A stretch of DNA of 63,128 nucleotides, filler included, from Octopus bimaculoides (taxonomy: Eukaryota): assembly GCF_001194135.2 (NCBI RefSeq). It is 3 parts of 3 records of this genome, joined end to end, with 100 filler letters (N's around TTAATTAATTAA, not from the genome) between each part and the next. Parts side by side here need not be neighbours in the genome. Positions count along the whole stretch, not along the records: positions 35,456 to 63,128 come from NC_068988.1; 2 more parts are not named here. One strand, written 5' to 3'. Each line of letters opens with the position of its first letter. Within the stretch, counting starts at the first letter, position 1. A program made the translations under genes and the position numbers. Shown here piece after piece: positions 40,540-53,702 of the stretch. Under the pieces are notes generated by a model that searched no databases, was not told where the DNA came from, and was given only the letters and a program-made list of their open reading frames with translations.

Positions 40540-41990
40540 TTTCTTGCCATGATGTGGGTTCATTTGTTATCTCAGATAAGAATTTCGTTGTTTGAATGCA
40601 TCCACAGCTACATCTCATAGATCTGTAAGGTATTTTTTTTATTGGCTACTCGTTTCCGCCAGAGGCACTGCTGTTGGTGTGATTAGTAGTCCATTTAATT
40701 TAGTTTCCATGACTATCTCTTCACGTTTGGTTTTAGTGAATGAGGGGGTCAGACAACACTGCCTTCATATATGTTTGTTACTGTGATGTGGGTTCATCTA
40801 GTATCTCAGATTAAAACTTGTCTAAGTGTTCTTTTGAACACATCCATATCTGTGCCTTGTAGATCTCTGATTTTTTAAATTTATTTTTGGCAAGGTATTT
40901 AAAAGCTGTGGCCCTCGAATCCTAAGATATTACAGTATGGGTCCTTATTCTAGATAAAGAAAGTAGGATCTTTGGTACTATGCAGTTGTCTCTAGTTTGG
41001 CGTTGGTGTAGCTTTCATTCCCAAAGTGATCTTCCAGATATACAGGCTGTCCCAAAAGTCACTGAGGATTTCAATTCATAATAACTTACTTAACTTTACA
41101 AATAAATACATGAAACTTTGATACAATATAAAGGACATAATGGAAATTAATATGCACAAGTCAAATTTTGCAGCACCACCACATCACATATGAAAAATGG
41201 CATCGCTTAAATGGCTGCCATTTTCGGCTTCACACACCTGTGCTCTTTCCAAAACTTGCACCATAACATTCTCAAGGGTTTCAGACCCCACTTCTCTGAT
41301 TTCTCTATTGATGTTCTCCTTCAGACCAGGATCATTGGTCTGTTGACACAAACCCTCTCTTTCAGGTATCCCCACAAGAAAAAATCTGGGCTAGTGAAGG
41401 CCATTCAAAGCAGACCTCACACAGGGTTCCAGCAAGATGGAGCAACTGTTCATACCGCAAGAAAAACAATACAGTGCTATGGCAATGTCAACTGGCCTTC
41501 ACATTCCCCTGACTTGACTAGCTCGGATTTTTTTCTTGTGGGGATACCTGAAAGAGAGGGTTTGTATCAACAGACCAATGATCCTGGTCTGAAGGAGAAC
41601 ATCAATAGAGAAATCAGAGAAGTGGGGTCTGAAACTCTTCAGGGTGTTATGGTGCAAGTTTTAGAAAGAGCACGGGCGTGTGAAACCAAAAATGGCTGTC
41701 ATTTAAGCAATGTCATTTTTCATATGTAGTATAGTGGAGTTGCAAAATTTGCCTTGTACATATTAATTTCCATTATGTCCTTTATATTGCATCAAAATTT
41801 CATGCATTTATTTGTGAAGTTAAGTTAGTTATTAAAAATTGAAACCCATGAGTGACTTTTGGGACACTTTTGTATATCACTGCATATCCTTCATATCTTC
41901 TCTCTAGGGAGTAGAGCCTCCATTCTTTTACTCTCTCCCCATAGTTCATCTATTGCACTGAGGCAATCTTCTTGTAACTGTGTTGGAGTG
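40540..41990 (-). pseudogene. CR1/L2-like LINE 3' end, interrupted by the 41043-41872 element; tail partly duplicated at 40540-40640
   Basis: LYSLERRYE.YAVI|YIWKI across the insertion, then GPQL..LP and LDKF.S.I.DEPTSQ. Confidence 0.7.
41043..41872. mobile_element. Foldback non-autonomous Tc1/mariner derivative with ~335-bp inverted arms
   Basis: TA|CAGGCTGTCCCAAAAGTCAC ... GTGACTTTTGGGACACTTTTG|TA; both arms encode the same transposase C-terminus (EREGL.QQTNDPGLKENINREIREV); centre has FQQDGA and WPSHSPDLTSSDFF. Confidence 0.9.
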
Positions 41991-42459
41991 TTTCAAGCTC
42001 AGCTGTTAGTTTAATGTTATATGGTAATGATAACTGGGAGCAGTAGTTCAGGTGATTGAGAAGAAAATGTTCTTCTCAGGACCAACATAGTTTGTGTGTT
42101 TGTGTGTGTCTACAACTTTCACTGAGCAAAATGTGAATACATCAGCAAGGAAACTGAACAACTGGTGCTTTTTTCAATGAAACCCTTTGTGCTATGTATT
42201 CTACATAAACAGTCCTTTATCACTCTTGCCATCAGAAATGCATCAACTTCATGTAATCAAACAATGCTATTGTTTTCTTGTCATAGTATGGCAGTCCTTC
42301 TCATAGATCTGTATAACTAAAAATAACTTGTGTTCCTTAACAATGGAACCTTTATATCAGGCTATTCTCAATAGTTAAAAAGAGTTACTTTAGCACCTTC
42401 TTGACATGAAATCTTCTGTGATTATATAGGGATATTTTTGGAGGTGGGACAGTGAATGA

Positions 42460-42600
42460 CAGAGTCAGTTGAACACTGGGAATAAATGTATTACCATAGT
42501 TACATATTCATACCATTAAATTTTGAGTTCAAGTCCCACTGTGGTTGACTTTGCCTTTTAAGTTTTCCATGATTAATGAATACTAGTTAGATATTAGTCA
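42460..42600 (+). mobile_element. Degenerate SINE family B copy
   Basis: TTTTGAGTTCAAGTCCCACTGTGGTTGACTTTGCCTTTT. Confidence 0.6.
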
Positions 42601-43369
42601 ACAAACAAGTTTGATGCCATGCTCTCCTTTCTAATAGATTAGGAATGTTGGTGTTTGTTGATGAGTGAGTGAAATTTGTTAGATTGGAAAATATCAAAGC
42701 CTATGGGAGGTATTGTTTGTCTTTGTTAGGTGGTAGTTGTAATTTTTTGCTCAATTTAACACCCCTATCTGACACTTGGGTACCTGTAGCAGAGTCCACT
42801 CTGTTGCAACTATACTAATCAGGTCTGATAACTTACTTCCTCCCTACAATCTCAGAGACATTAAAAATGGGTCTTGGATATTGCTTTCCTCTCTATGAAT
42901 AAGGAAAAAAAGAAAATGTGTGCTTATGTATGTATGTATGTATGTATATATGTATGTATGTGTGTGTGTGTGTGTGTGCATGTACATGTATATATGTATG
43001 TATATGTATGTGTGTGGGTGTATGTATATGTATACACACACACATAATTTCTACTTCCATAAGTCAGTGAGGGAGTTGTGGTGCAGTTAGTGTAACAGTC
43101 AACTAATGAGGGAGCTCCTGTATAAAAACAGCCAACTTGCCCTCCATAGATGTCCTAATAACCACAAAACAAGGGCCACTTTTGTTAAGTTTGAAATGCT
43201 GCATCACCATTATCATCATCATCATCCTTCGACCAACCTATGGTTGATCGGAACTCCATTGACAGCCCCTTTCTACACTACACAGTCCTGCACTGCTGTG
43301 CTCAGATCTCTAATATCCAGGGATGAGATAACCTCTTTCTCTGCTTGATGACAGTGGACAGCAAATTGT

Positions 43370-43880
43370 AGCCGTTTTTGCATTAGCTTGAGGAATATTG
43401 GAAAAAGCACTGGAGAAAGCAGCAAACCGGGTTGGCCTTTACTGCAACAAGAGTAAGACAGAGTTTATCACAACCTCCTCCAAGGTAAACTGAACTTAAA
43501 TCGCTCAATAGTATATCACTCAAAAACATTGATGACTTCAAATATTTTGGATCACGCATAGTAGACTCCCAAAAGGACCTTCGCATCCACAAAGCTTTTA
43601 CTTGAGATGCTTGTAATAGCCTTGATAAGATCTGGCACTCAAACCTTCCACCCATGTTAAAAGTTAAGATATTTAGAACACTGATTGAGCTGGTCCTTCT
43701 CTATGGATCAGAGACCTGGACCTTATCGGCTCTCTTAGAGAAACAACTAGATGGAACATATACCAACCTGCTCAGAAAGATACGGAACATCAGTTGGAGA
43801 TCACACCCAACACTTAGTAACATCTATGAAAATCTGACACCAATATCCTTCGAGCTAAAGCAGAAACGGCTACATCACCA
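43370..43880 (+). pseudogene. RTE-clade LINE RT C-terminal fragment
   Basis: KAANRVGLYCNKSKTEF, DDFKYFGS, KVKIFRTLIELVLLYGSETWTL..LDGTYTNLLRKIRNISWRSH. Confidence 0.8.
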
Positions 43881-45121
43881 TACCAGGCCAAATCACCTTC
43901 AAACCTCATCCTATTGTTTTAAAAAATGGCACATTAGATAATGTATCACACTATGTCATAGTAAAAGACTGGATTATCAGGTATTTACAATTAGAACTAA
44001 CCTGGAACTAAACAGTAACAAATAACAATCAACTCTTTTGATCATGGTTGTCCTAAGGTTTGAAAGCACTTACATGGAAAACACTGTTTCAGAAAGACCT
44101 ACTGTCTCTTTCTTTCCTCTAATGCTGAAATCAAAGACATGTAATCATGACTCCAACATAACTTTTGGATTATATCTACTGAAAGGAAATCACGACATGT
44201 TAGCTGTGGCCATTACTCTTTGTTCAGGACTAGATTGAGAACTAAATGAGTTGTAAGTTCCCCTAGTGTCACAGTCTGCCCCTCAAAACCAAACAGACTA
44301 TTTATGACAGTATACTGAGTGAGAAGTTTCCGAAGATCAATCAGAAGTATGCTTAACAAAAGCTAACAACATCAATAACTACCGCATAAGGTGAGAGTTG
44401 AAGCTATAAAGAAAATGAAAAACAATAAAAAGTTTCATATGAATTATGCATGAACATTAAGTTGACTATCATATAGTGACACACCTGGCTAAATATATGT
44501 GAAAAATATTTGAATTTTGCAAAATAAAAACATGGCAAGTCATAGATGGCTTACAACCATAGACACAGACTAGTCATAGGCACATAGAATGACTCAAACT
44601 AAATAAAGAAAAACACAGCTATGAACTTAATTTATTGCCGTGTTTCGAATTTTGTAAGTCAAATAGCCGGCTACTTTAGTGAGAAATTTGTGTGTAGCTT
44701 TTATTCATAATTTCCTCAATGTTTGGTTGAATATGAGACAGACACACCCTCATTTCTTCTTCTGTCATGCGTAATCTCTCATGCTTCTTGTTTTTGATGT
44801 TGTTTAATGTTGAAAAGCCTAATTCACATATATAAGAAGTTGAAAATTGTAATAAAATTGCTAAAGCTCTAAAATGAACCAATGGGCAGAGTTGAAGGTT
44901 TTAATTTTAACCCTTAGTCACTAGAAAGGGTGGCTAACTTTTCTTCCTGTAACTCAAGTTCAATGTTGGAAGAATGATTTATGAAAAGATCTCTAATTCA
45001 ATCGTATTTTTCTGTCTTTAATAATGGAAAGTAATTGTTGATGCTTTCATCCAGAGCTGTCAGATGAGTAACCACAATAGGGATCTTTTATGTAATGCAG
45101 GTAGAATGCAATAAAGGGAAT

Positions 45122-45334
45122 ACTCTTTTACTTGTTTCAGTCATATGACTGCGGCCATGCTGGGGCACCACCTTTAGTCGAGCAAATCAACAGGACTTAT
45201 TCTTTGTAAGCCTAGTACTTATTCTATCGGTCTCTTTTGCCGAACCGCTAAGTTACAGGGATGTAAACACACCGGCATCGGTTGTCAAGCGAGGTTGTGG
45301 GGACAAACACAGACACACAAACATATACACACAC

Positions 45335-45365
<31 letters not shown>

Positions 45366-45549
45366 CATATATATGGGAGAATTTATGAAAAAAACAACAA
45401 CAGACAACAGGTGGTGTAAACAACAAAAGGATGTATTAGTTTGACGCTCGGGAATAGAGAAAGTCTTTAACGTTTCGAGCTACGCTCTTCAACAGAAAGA
45501 AATAAGGAGAAAAACAAGGAGAAAAAAATATAAATGGAGTGGTCAGCGA

Positions 45550-45585
<36 letters not shown>

Positions 45586-45747
45586 TACGACGGGCTTCTT
45601 TCAGTTTCCGTTTACCAAATCTACTCACAAGGCTTTGGTCAGCCCGAGGCTATAGTAGAAGACACTTGCCCAAGGTGCCACGCTGTAGGACTGAACCCAG
45701 AACCATGTGGTCGGCAAGCAAGCTACTTACCACACAGCCACTCCTGT
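45122..45747 (-). mobile_element. SINE family A, young full-length copy
   Basis: Head GGAGTGGCTGTGTGGTAAGTAGC (45747 downwards), CpGs retained, (GAGTAAAA) tail near 45122. Confidence 0.9.
45464..45500 (-). ncRNA. Minimal type I hammerhead-like motif
   Basis: UCUUU-CUGUUGA-A-GAGC/GUA/GCUC-GAAA-C-GUU-AAAGA; stem I 5 bp, stem II 4 bp, palindromic AACGUU stem III; A6 replaced by U. Confidence 0.6.
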
Positions 45748-46984
45748 ATATATATAGATTGCCAATGATTGCTCTTTTTTTCCAAATCACAATTTTCTTT
45801 TTGAGGGCAACTAACTTGTCTGTTGAAGTGAGAATATTTTCATTTTTACCTTGCATACTACTGTTTGTTTTATTTAGTTCACTAAATATTTCTGTTAAGT
45901 ATTCCATTTTAGACATCCAAAATTTGCAGCTAAGGTGTTCACAGAATTTCTCTTGGTTTCTCTGGAAAAAAATTATTCCTTGTGCAGTTCGTGAATACGA
46001 TTTAGTACTTTGCCTTTCGACAGCCAGTGAATCTCAGTGTGCATTTATAACTTAACATGCTGAGAGTCCATCTCTTTGCACAATTGTTCAAATAATCGTG
46101 ACTTCAATGGCCTATTTTTTTTATATATAATTGACCATTCAAACAACTTAATGTAACACAACCTTTAAATCTTCCTGCGATATTTTTGAATCAAGAACTT
46201 CTCTATATAGAAAGCAATGAGTACAAATGAGATTTGGATTTTCTTTTTGTACGATGGATACAAATCCTTTAATACAGCCTGTCATACATGGCACTCCATT
46301 GGTGCAAATGCTAACACAGGATCTCCAAGACGAATTCTATTTCTTATCTAGAGTTACAGCCTGTGTAAACAAGCTAAAGGACCATGTTTTTGCACATTTT
46401 GCTAATTTTGGCATGGTTTCTATGGTTGGATACCAAGTCCAACAGCCACAAAGTACAATTTGTCATGGCACCTACACTTGAAAGGCAGACATGTCTTTAA
46501 ACAGATTGCAGGTGTTTCTCAATCTCTTGTTGTTTCTGGTCCTTAACCACTTTGCAGAGTATACTGAATGCATTTTATTGTGGTACTAGCACTAATCAGG
46601 TCATCTTATGATTCATTCATGCAACATAACCAAGAAGGCGAATAGCAGAGAGTGGGGAACAAGAGTATAAGTTGGGAGAGACAAAGTGATGGTCCACCCA
46701 AAGGATAGAGGAGAGGGAAAGGAAGGAGGGTGACAGATTATTGACAGAAATATGAGAGTATCAAAGAGCATGATGGGAGAAAGAGAGTGAGGATTCGATG
46801 GATAGGAGAGAGGATAGTCGACAAAGTGATAAAAAGATGAAAAGGTATCACTAACTTGATAGAAGGTCAACAGATATATGTTGAGCAATAGGACCAATTG
46901 TAGGTAGGAAGGAACAGCATGTGGGGACTTCACAGTGAAAATATTTGGGTATCCAAACTTTGATCACAATCATCATTTTAATAT

Positions 46985-47345
46985 TTGGTATGCCATGCTT
47001 GCACAGGTAAGCAAGTTTTCTCAGGTACTACATGTTGCCAGTTGCCACAATCCTTTATCATCTCCTTTGTGGGACTCAGCATCATGAGATCAGTCTTCAC
47101 CACTTCGTTGTGTATCTTCCTGAATTTCCCTCTTCCACAAGTTCCAACTTCTTTGAATACCCAGTACTTCTTTATATAACTGTCCTCTTCCATATACACC
47201 ATTATAGTGTTCTCTTTTGTTGCATACTGCATCTGATTCTTCTTCTATCCAGTTTTTTTTTTCTCTCAACATATTTGTGCTTCATTGTTATGTACACTGA
47301 CATTACACATCCAGCTGACAAGTTCACTTCATTTTTTTCTAAGGT
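46985..47345 (-). pseudogene. RTE LINE 3' fragment (same family as 54327-55475)
   Basis: MEEDSYIKKY..GTCGRGKFRKIHNEVVKTDL..EKT. Confidence 0.75.
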
Positions 47346-47727
47346 TGTGCAATAGAAAAAAGATTATGTGCTGTAAGAATCCATAAGAAATCACTGATTT
47401 CCAAAAACGAAACAGATATAGTATGGTGAGAAAATATCAGAAAAATGTCATTATTAGCTGATGCAAACAAATTAAGTATAATGGAGCTTTTAAACAGAAC
47501 ATTCCTTCAAGAGTTAGGACTAAGGGTGTTAGAACAAAACACAGAGAAATATGATTAACTGTAAAATTAGCTTGATGTACTTTTAAACCTGAATGCAGTA
47601 GACTTCAGTCGACCCATTTAGTAAGAAATTTTTATGTATGATATGGAGCAGAATAATGATGACACATTTGTTTTTCATTATTTAGCCATAACAAAACTAT
47701 TTCTATGTAAATTTGCAATTTGCTGCG

Positions 47728-47766
<39 letters not shown>

Positions 47767-47773
47767 TGTCTTA

Positions 47774-48657
47774 CATGGGAAAATGCAAGCAAAACAAATA
47801 ATTTTCTTAAGATTATAAACCTGGAAAAGTACAGGACAAGTTATTACATTTAGAAAAGATCAAGACCAGTTATTACATCTGGTAAAGTACAGAACAAGAA
47901 AATTTTTACTTAAAATATTGCAGCTAATGATAAAATTTCAAATAAAATATTTAGATTTAGAAAATATTAACTTTTATTAAAACTAAAAATTTTATTACAA
48001 GTTATTATTTCTATTACTGCTTTTACTATTATTATTATATTACTATTATTATTGCTATTACTTGTTACTTTTATTAAAAATAAAAAATAATTCAATCAAA
48101 ATATATTTTGCACTTTAAAAAAATTCATTTTAAAAATTATTTATTAATAATTAGAAATTTGAAAATAGGTTATAAAAAATAACAGTAGTGCATAATTAGT
48201 TAGTACAATAACTAGAATAATACAACAATTAGTTATATATATTTAAGTAAAAGCTACCTATAACAACAAATTCTCAGTAAAATTTGCTTGAGTTATTGCC
48301 AAATTTTCACATTTTTAGTCTTGACCCAATGCCTATTTTTTACATAATGAATTTGCCTACCATATATACTATTCTACTTTGCATAAGACTTTAGCTATAT
48401 TGGTACTTCTGGCTCTCATTTTTTAAGTATTCTAGTGTGTCAATATTTTAGCAAAATGATGGTACCTTTTTTAATGATAATGTTACTTTGTAAATTAAAA
48501 TCAAATAATTTTTGATATTCAAATTTTTATCCTTAGCTGCAATATTTTAAGTAAAATTTGTTTTGTTCTGTACTTTACCAGATGTAATAACTTGTCCTGA
48601 ACTTTTCCAGGTTTATAATCTTAAGAATCTTATTTCTCTTGCTCACATTTTCCCATG
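47774..48657. mobile_element. MITE/foldback element with ~140-170-bp TIRs and TA flanks
   Basis: TA|CATGGGAAAATG ... CATTTTCCCATG|TA; 47774-47944 is the reverse complement of 48516-48657, with a 29-bp duplication in the left arm. Confidence 0.85.
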
Positions 48658-48734
48658 TAATCCATGTTTTTTCCAGGCTATGCTATTATGCTAATTAATA
48701 ATGTGTCAGTTAATAATTTAAAATATTACCTTAT

Positions 48735-49082
48735 TGAAAATTACCTCAATGATGCTCTGACATATATTAAAAGTCCCCTTGTAGAACTATATTTATAAAA
48801 AAAGTATAGAACTATATTATCACTCCCAAATTTGAAAAACAAACACTCATGACATTTTCTTTTAAAACCTCTTTCTCATCTCATATTATGGGACCGTGTT
48901 TACATGATATAATTACATTAATTAATACAGATGATGTAATTAAACTAATTGAAAATTAGCAGTGTCATTGATAACTTTTTACTTACCTCAATAATGCTGG
49001 TGACATGTATTAAAAGTCCTCTTGTAGAACTATATTACCACCCTCAAATTCGAGAAACAAACACTCATAACTTTTTTTTTAA
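48735..49082 (+). repeat. Diverged ~120-bp direct repeat
   Basis: TACCTCAATRATGCT..ATTAAAAGTCCYCTTGTAGAACTATATT..AAACAAACACTCAT at ~48743 and ~48985. Confidence 0.8.
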
Positions 49083-51577
49083 AACTTCATTGCATGAGAT
49101 TGATACCATGAAATTCCTTGAATTGAGCTTTATCATTTAAGCTTAATTGGAATATAGTTTGTTTTAAAATAAAAAAAACTTAATTACACTTAAATCCAAT
49201 TTTGTGCCTTACTTTCATGATATTTTACCTCACAACTTTCTTTATACAAATTTTTGTTGCATGGGACAAAAACTATGAAATTCCTCATACTTTCTTGTAT
49301 CATTGAAGTTAAAATTAATATATTTTGCTTTTAAAATAGAAAAGTTATTTAGATCTAAACTTGATTGGTGGTATTACTTACTCTCCTATATAACATTACT
49401 ACAAATTTTGATGTAAACTTTTTTCTACCAGACCAAATCTCAATTTTCTTATGCCAAAATGTAGCTAAAGACCAGTCCACTCCAAAAATGTCAACAGTTT
49501 TCAATTTGGTTAAGAACTGAATTAGCGACAAAGCTCTGAAGATGCTGCATGTGAGTAAATTGTGACCTTAAGAATAATCTACAACTACTCGTGTAGTTGA
49601 ATGATGAAAAAGAGAGTGGGTATATGCATTATTGTGCATTATGTCTTTTTGTGAAAAAAGTTAGAGGTGGAATGAGATACATGCATGAGAAAGTGAAAGG
49701 TAAAGACAGTGTAGAACTTCAGTAGATTACACTCTACATACAAACACACACATACATATACACATGCACACAAATACAGAACTGCATGCATCTCTCAACA
49801 GTTTATACTTTATATACAAACACACACATACAAATACAGGACTACATATAAGTGTGATGAGAGGAACAGATCTATAACTGTGAGAGGGTCGAAGTGGAGC
49901 AAGTAACAGTTGTCACTATTAGGAGAGTGGGTATTGAAAGAGTAGTGATTTTACTAAATTCCTCATTAATTTCAAAATTAACTGAAACAAAAGTAGTGTA
50001 TTTCAAAAGAATTATGGTAACAAAAGGGTTCAAGCATTAAATGAGAAATTTCTATTCATATTTAAGTTTCTCAGCCTACAGACAGATATACATCATAGAT
50101 TCTGTTCCTCGTGATTATTTTGTTTTCATTTTCTAAATCTTCATTTCAGACCAGACAGAGAAGTTTGTACCGACTGATATTCATTTATATATTTATATTC
50201 TTAAAATATGGTGTCTACAGGCAAATATTATTTTTACCTGCACTATTGTTTTCTTTGCTCCTATCCTGCTTCTAGAATCTTCACTAACTGTAAACCCAAT
50301 TATGACTCCTTTGCTTACTTCTTAGATTACAAGAGATTATCTTTGTTTATAAATAAGTGATTAATATTAAGCTTTAACAACTGATTCACCAATAAAAACA
50401 AGTCATTAAACTGTTTGAGACATTTCTTGTCTACATACATTTTTTCAAAATAACATGATTTTGTTTTCTGTCAAGCTGTATTTATGTTTGTTTTATATAC
50501 ACCCACTTAAATTTATGAACAACCATCTTGAATTTAGCTAAACATATGGTAGATATAATTAGTCACTCTGGAGAGGAATGAGTTAACTGTTTCTCAGTAG
50601 AAGTTACACAACTAAAAATACCTGGCTGCTAACTAAATGTAAGCTCTTGGTCAATTTTTCCTTCTATTCTCCTTAGTAATAGCTTATGAATTGAAATACC
50701 TGTTTCTGTCCACAATGTATTATTGCACTAGTATAAACTGGCTTTACATGAATATTCTCAATGATGGTTTATTGCCAAACCTTTCATTTCTGAATTGAAA
50801 CTTCTCTCAAAAGTAATTATATTATGGCATTTATATATTGATTATTGAGCATTCTATACAATCTCCTAACATTAAACATATTTCATTTAATGTGTACGCT
50901 TTTTCTTTCCTCCAGTAAAATTTTCATCCTTTGATGGTGGTGGTGGTGGTGAAGGGGAGGGGGATGATAAAAAATATGCTAATCCACAATAGTGGATTAG
51001 CAAAACTCTTAAGTATGTCAGACTGGATGGCTTGCAGTATTTGTTCTGGCTCTTTATCTTCTGAGTTCAAATCCTGTTGTAGGCTACTTTTATCATAGAA
51101 TGAATCCATTAGCTACTATAACACCAAACCTGTTCCTTGGGTGCCTTCAATGGAATCAACTCTGTTGCAGCATTTTGACTAAATCTTCAGTTTGACAATA
51201 CCTTTCTCCCTTGCTTCCACTCATCAGAAGCTCTGTAAAGAGTCATGGGTACAGCCTACACTCCTAACTAACACAAAAAAAGATAACAGATCTTTATAAA
51301 TTACTTGGAAGTCAATATTTATTTTTTATTATTTGATTAATTTATATTGCAACCAGTAAACAATAGCCTGGTAGGCTACAGGTTTTCAATGTACTAATCT
51401 CTGGGTTACTGTTTCAGCTGATTTAAATGTCAAAGGAGTGTCTAAGTAGTTGCAGATCAAATATCACAAGGAACTTTGTTCCTAAAGTACTGGGCTTTTC
51501 ATTTTTCACAAAGCTTTATATTCTTTGTCATTATAAACTAGCAAAAAATATACACACATGTGATTAGAAATATACAC

Positions 51578-51639
<62 letters not shown>

Positions 51640-51861
51640 NNNNNNNNNNNNNNNNNATATATATATATATATATATATATATATAGCAATAAGAAAATAG
51701 AGGGGATTAATAGGTGGTATTCATCAACTTGCAGGCATTGTATTATGTCAATTTACTTGTTTATTTGTTTACTAAAAGGACAATAATAACAATATACAAA
51801 CACATGTGACATACTGTCATATCAGTAATTATAAAAATGGCATATAGTGACAGAAAATGGG

Positions 51862-51975
51862 ATAATATCCTACAGCTGTTTCAGTCCAGAGGTGACATGC
51901 CTCATTCTATCTTTATCACTCCAGTAGACTGAAGTAATTAATAGATGATTCTCTAGGCCTCTTCAGAGATTTTAT
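51862..51975 (-). ncRNA. Type I hammerhead ribozyme with extended stem II (59-nt insert)
   Basis: AUAAAAUCU-CUGAAGA-GGCCUAGAG...CUCUGGACU-GAAA-CAGCUG-UA-GGAUAUUAU; core intact, palindromic ACAGCUGU. Confidence 0.75.
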
Positions 51976-52677
51976 AAAGTTCATAAGGTTAAGTTAAAAA
52001 TATAAAAATATAAAAACCGTAAAAACCCACATATATATGCATACTTTAACATATACATAGATATACATAAATAAACATAAATACATAAATGTATATTTAA
52101 ATGTACATACATAAATGTCCATACATGCACACAAATGAATCAATTATTATTCTTATTATACATGAGGAGGACACACATATATATGTATACCCATACATAC
52201 ATACACATATGTATACATATACATTTCCATACAGACATGTTAATAGGTACATACGCATTAGTTGCGTTTGGAATGGAGGACTGGTGCATTTGTTCGTATC
52301 GTTATAATTCTAACAAAAATGTCCAAACCTATATATTTATATTTTTACATCAAAATCTATGAGGTACATACGTATTAGTTGTGTTTGGAATGGAGGAATT
52401 TATGCAATTAGTTCGTAAGAATTCTAACAATAATATCCAAACTTCTATAAACCTATAAACCATTATTGTTTTGTTTATGGAGTAGTTGGAATCCTGCTGG
52501 TGGTGGGGAGGGGTTATTTTTGCTGTTCAGTCCCTTCATCTAATTGGTTATCTATTGTTTTAAAATGTCTTGACTTAGTTACCATTGGACAACCAATAAC
52601 CGGTAAAAATCAGTAAGGCATAAATATATATATATATACATATACACATACATACATATACATGCATATATATACGT

Positions 52678-52766
<89 letters not shown>

Positions 52767-53571
52767 TACATACATACTCACATACCTATATATACCTATA
52801 TAAATGGAGTGTATATAAATTACACAAAGACTAAACAAATTATCGGAAAGTTTATATGTGGATATAAATATCCATATGTATATATATACACATATACACG
52901 TACATACCATATACATATATGTACATATTGGAATAAAGGGTTAAAGAGATATACTAAGGGTATATAATTTAAGTATAATACATATGAGAGATAAGTTGTT
53001 ACAAATCTAATTGACACCTATACAACATTCCGGGGGATAATATTTAATATTATATAATATATAAGAGATAATTTTATTTTGTGTATAAGTCCAATTTATT
53101 GAGTTACTACTATATTTACTAACTTCAATGGGGATTATATGAAACACATGCTAGAAGTTAGTTAGACCAAACTAAAACAAGGAGCAAAACAGCAAAACAA
53201 TAAAAATGATCGTATATATCTTCCCAGTATGTTGTTGTTAATCACTAAGATTACGTCTAGAATACAATCTCCGATTACTCACTAAAACTCCTTCATATAT
53301 AAATTATACCAACATATTTTCAATTTGTAGTTATTATCGGTAAAAAATACAATCAAAAGCTATTATACCCAACAAATTGCCTCAAACTATGTTTAAAATT
53401 TATTATGTCTGATAGCAGGATTCTCTATATAGTTGAGTCACTTAACTGATAAACTCCTAAGGTAGTTATTCATAAACTTAGCGATTCGTCTATTTATATA
53501 GCTAATTACTTCTACTGTTATATTTATATTTGAGTATATTTTTATATTTTTAACTTAACCTTATGAACTTT

Positions 53572-53702
53572 ATAAAATCTCTGAAGAGGCCTAGAGAATC
53601 ATCCATGTACCTCTATTTCATCTATTAATTACTTCAGTCTACTGGAGTGATAAAGATAGAATGAGTCATGTCACCTCTAGACTGAAACAGCTGTAAGATT
53701 AT
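53572..53702 (+). ncRNA. Type I hammerhead ribozyme with extended stem II (78-nt insert)
   Basis: AAUCU-CUGAAGA (53581-87)-GGCCUAGAG...CUCUAGACU-GAAA (53684-87)-CAGCUG-UA-AGAUU; predicted cleavage after 53695 (GUA). Confidence 0.75.

Larger units (their letters stand above)
44650..46380 (-). pseudogene. hAT (Buster/Charlie-type) transposase remnant, split by a SINE
   Basis: CVSICTNG..MTG..GF, HCFLYRE, RPLKSRLFEQLCKEM, HTEIHWLSKGKVL, YLTEIFSELNKTNSSMQGKNENILTSTDK, FSTSYICELGFSTLNNIKNK..PNIEE..QISH*. Confidence 0.9.
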
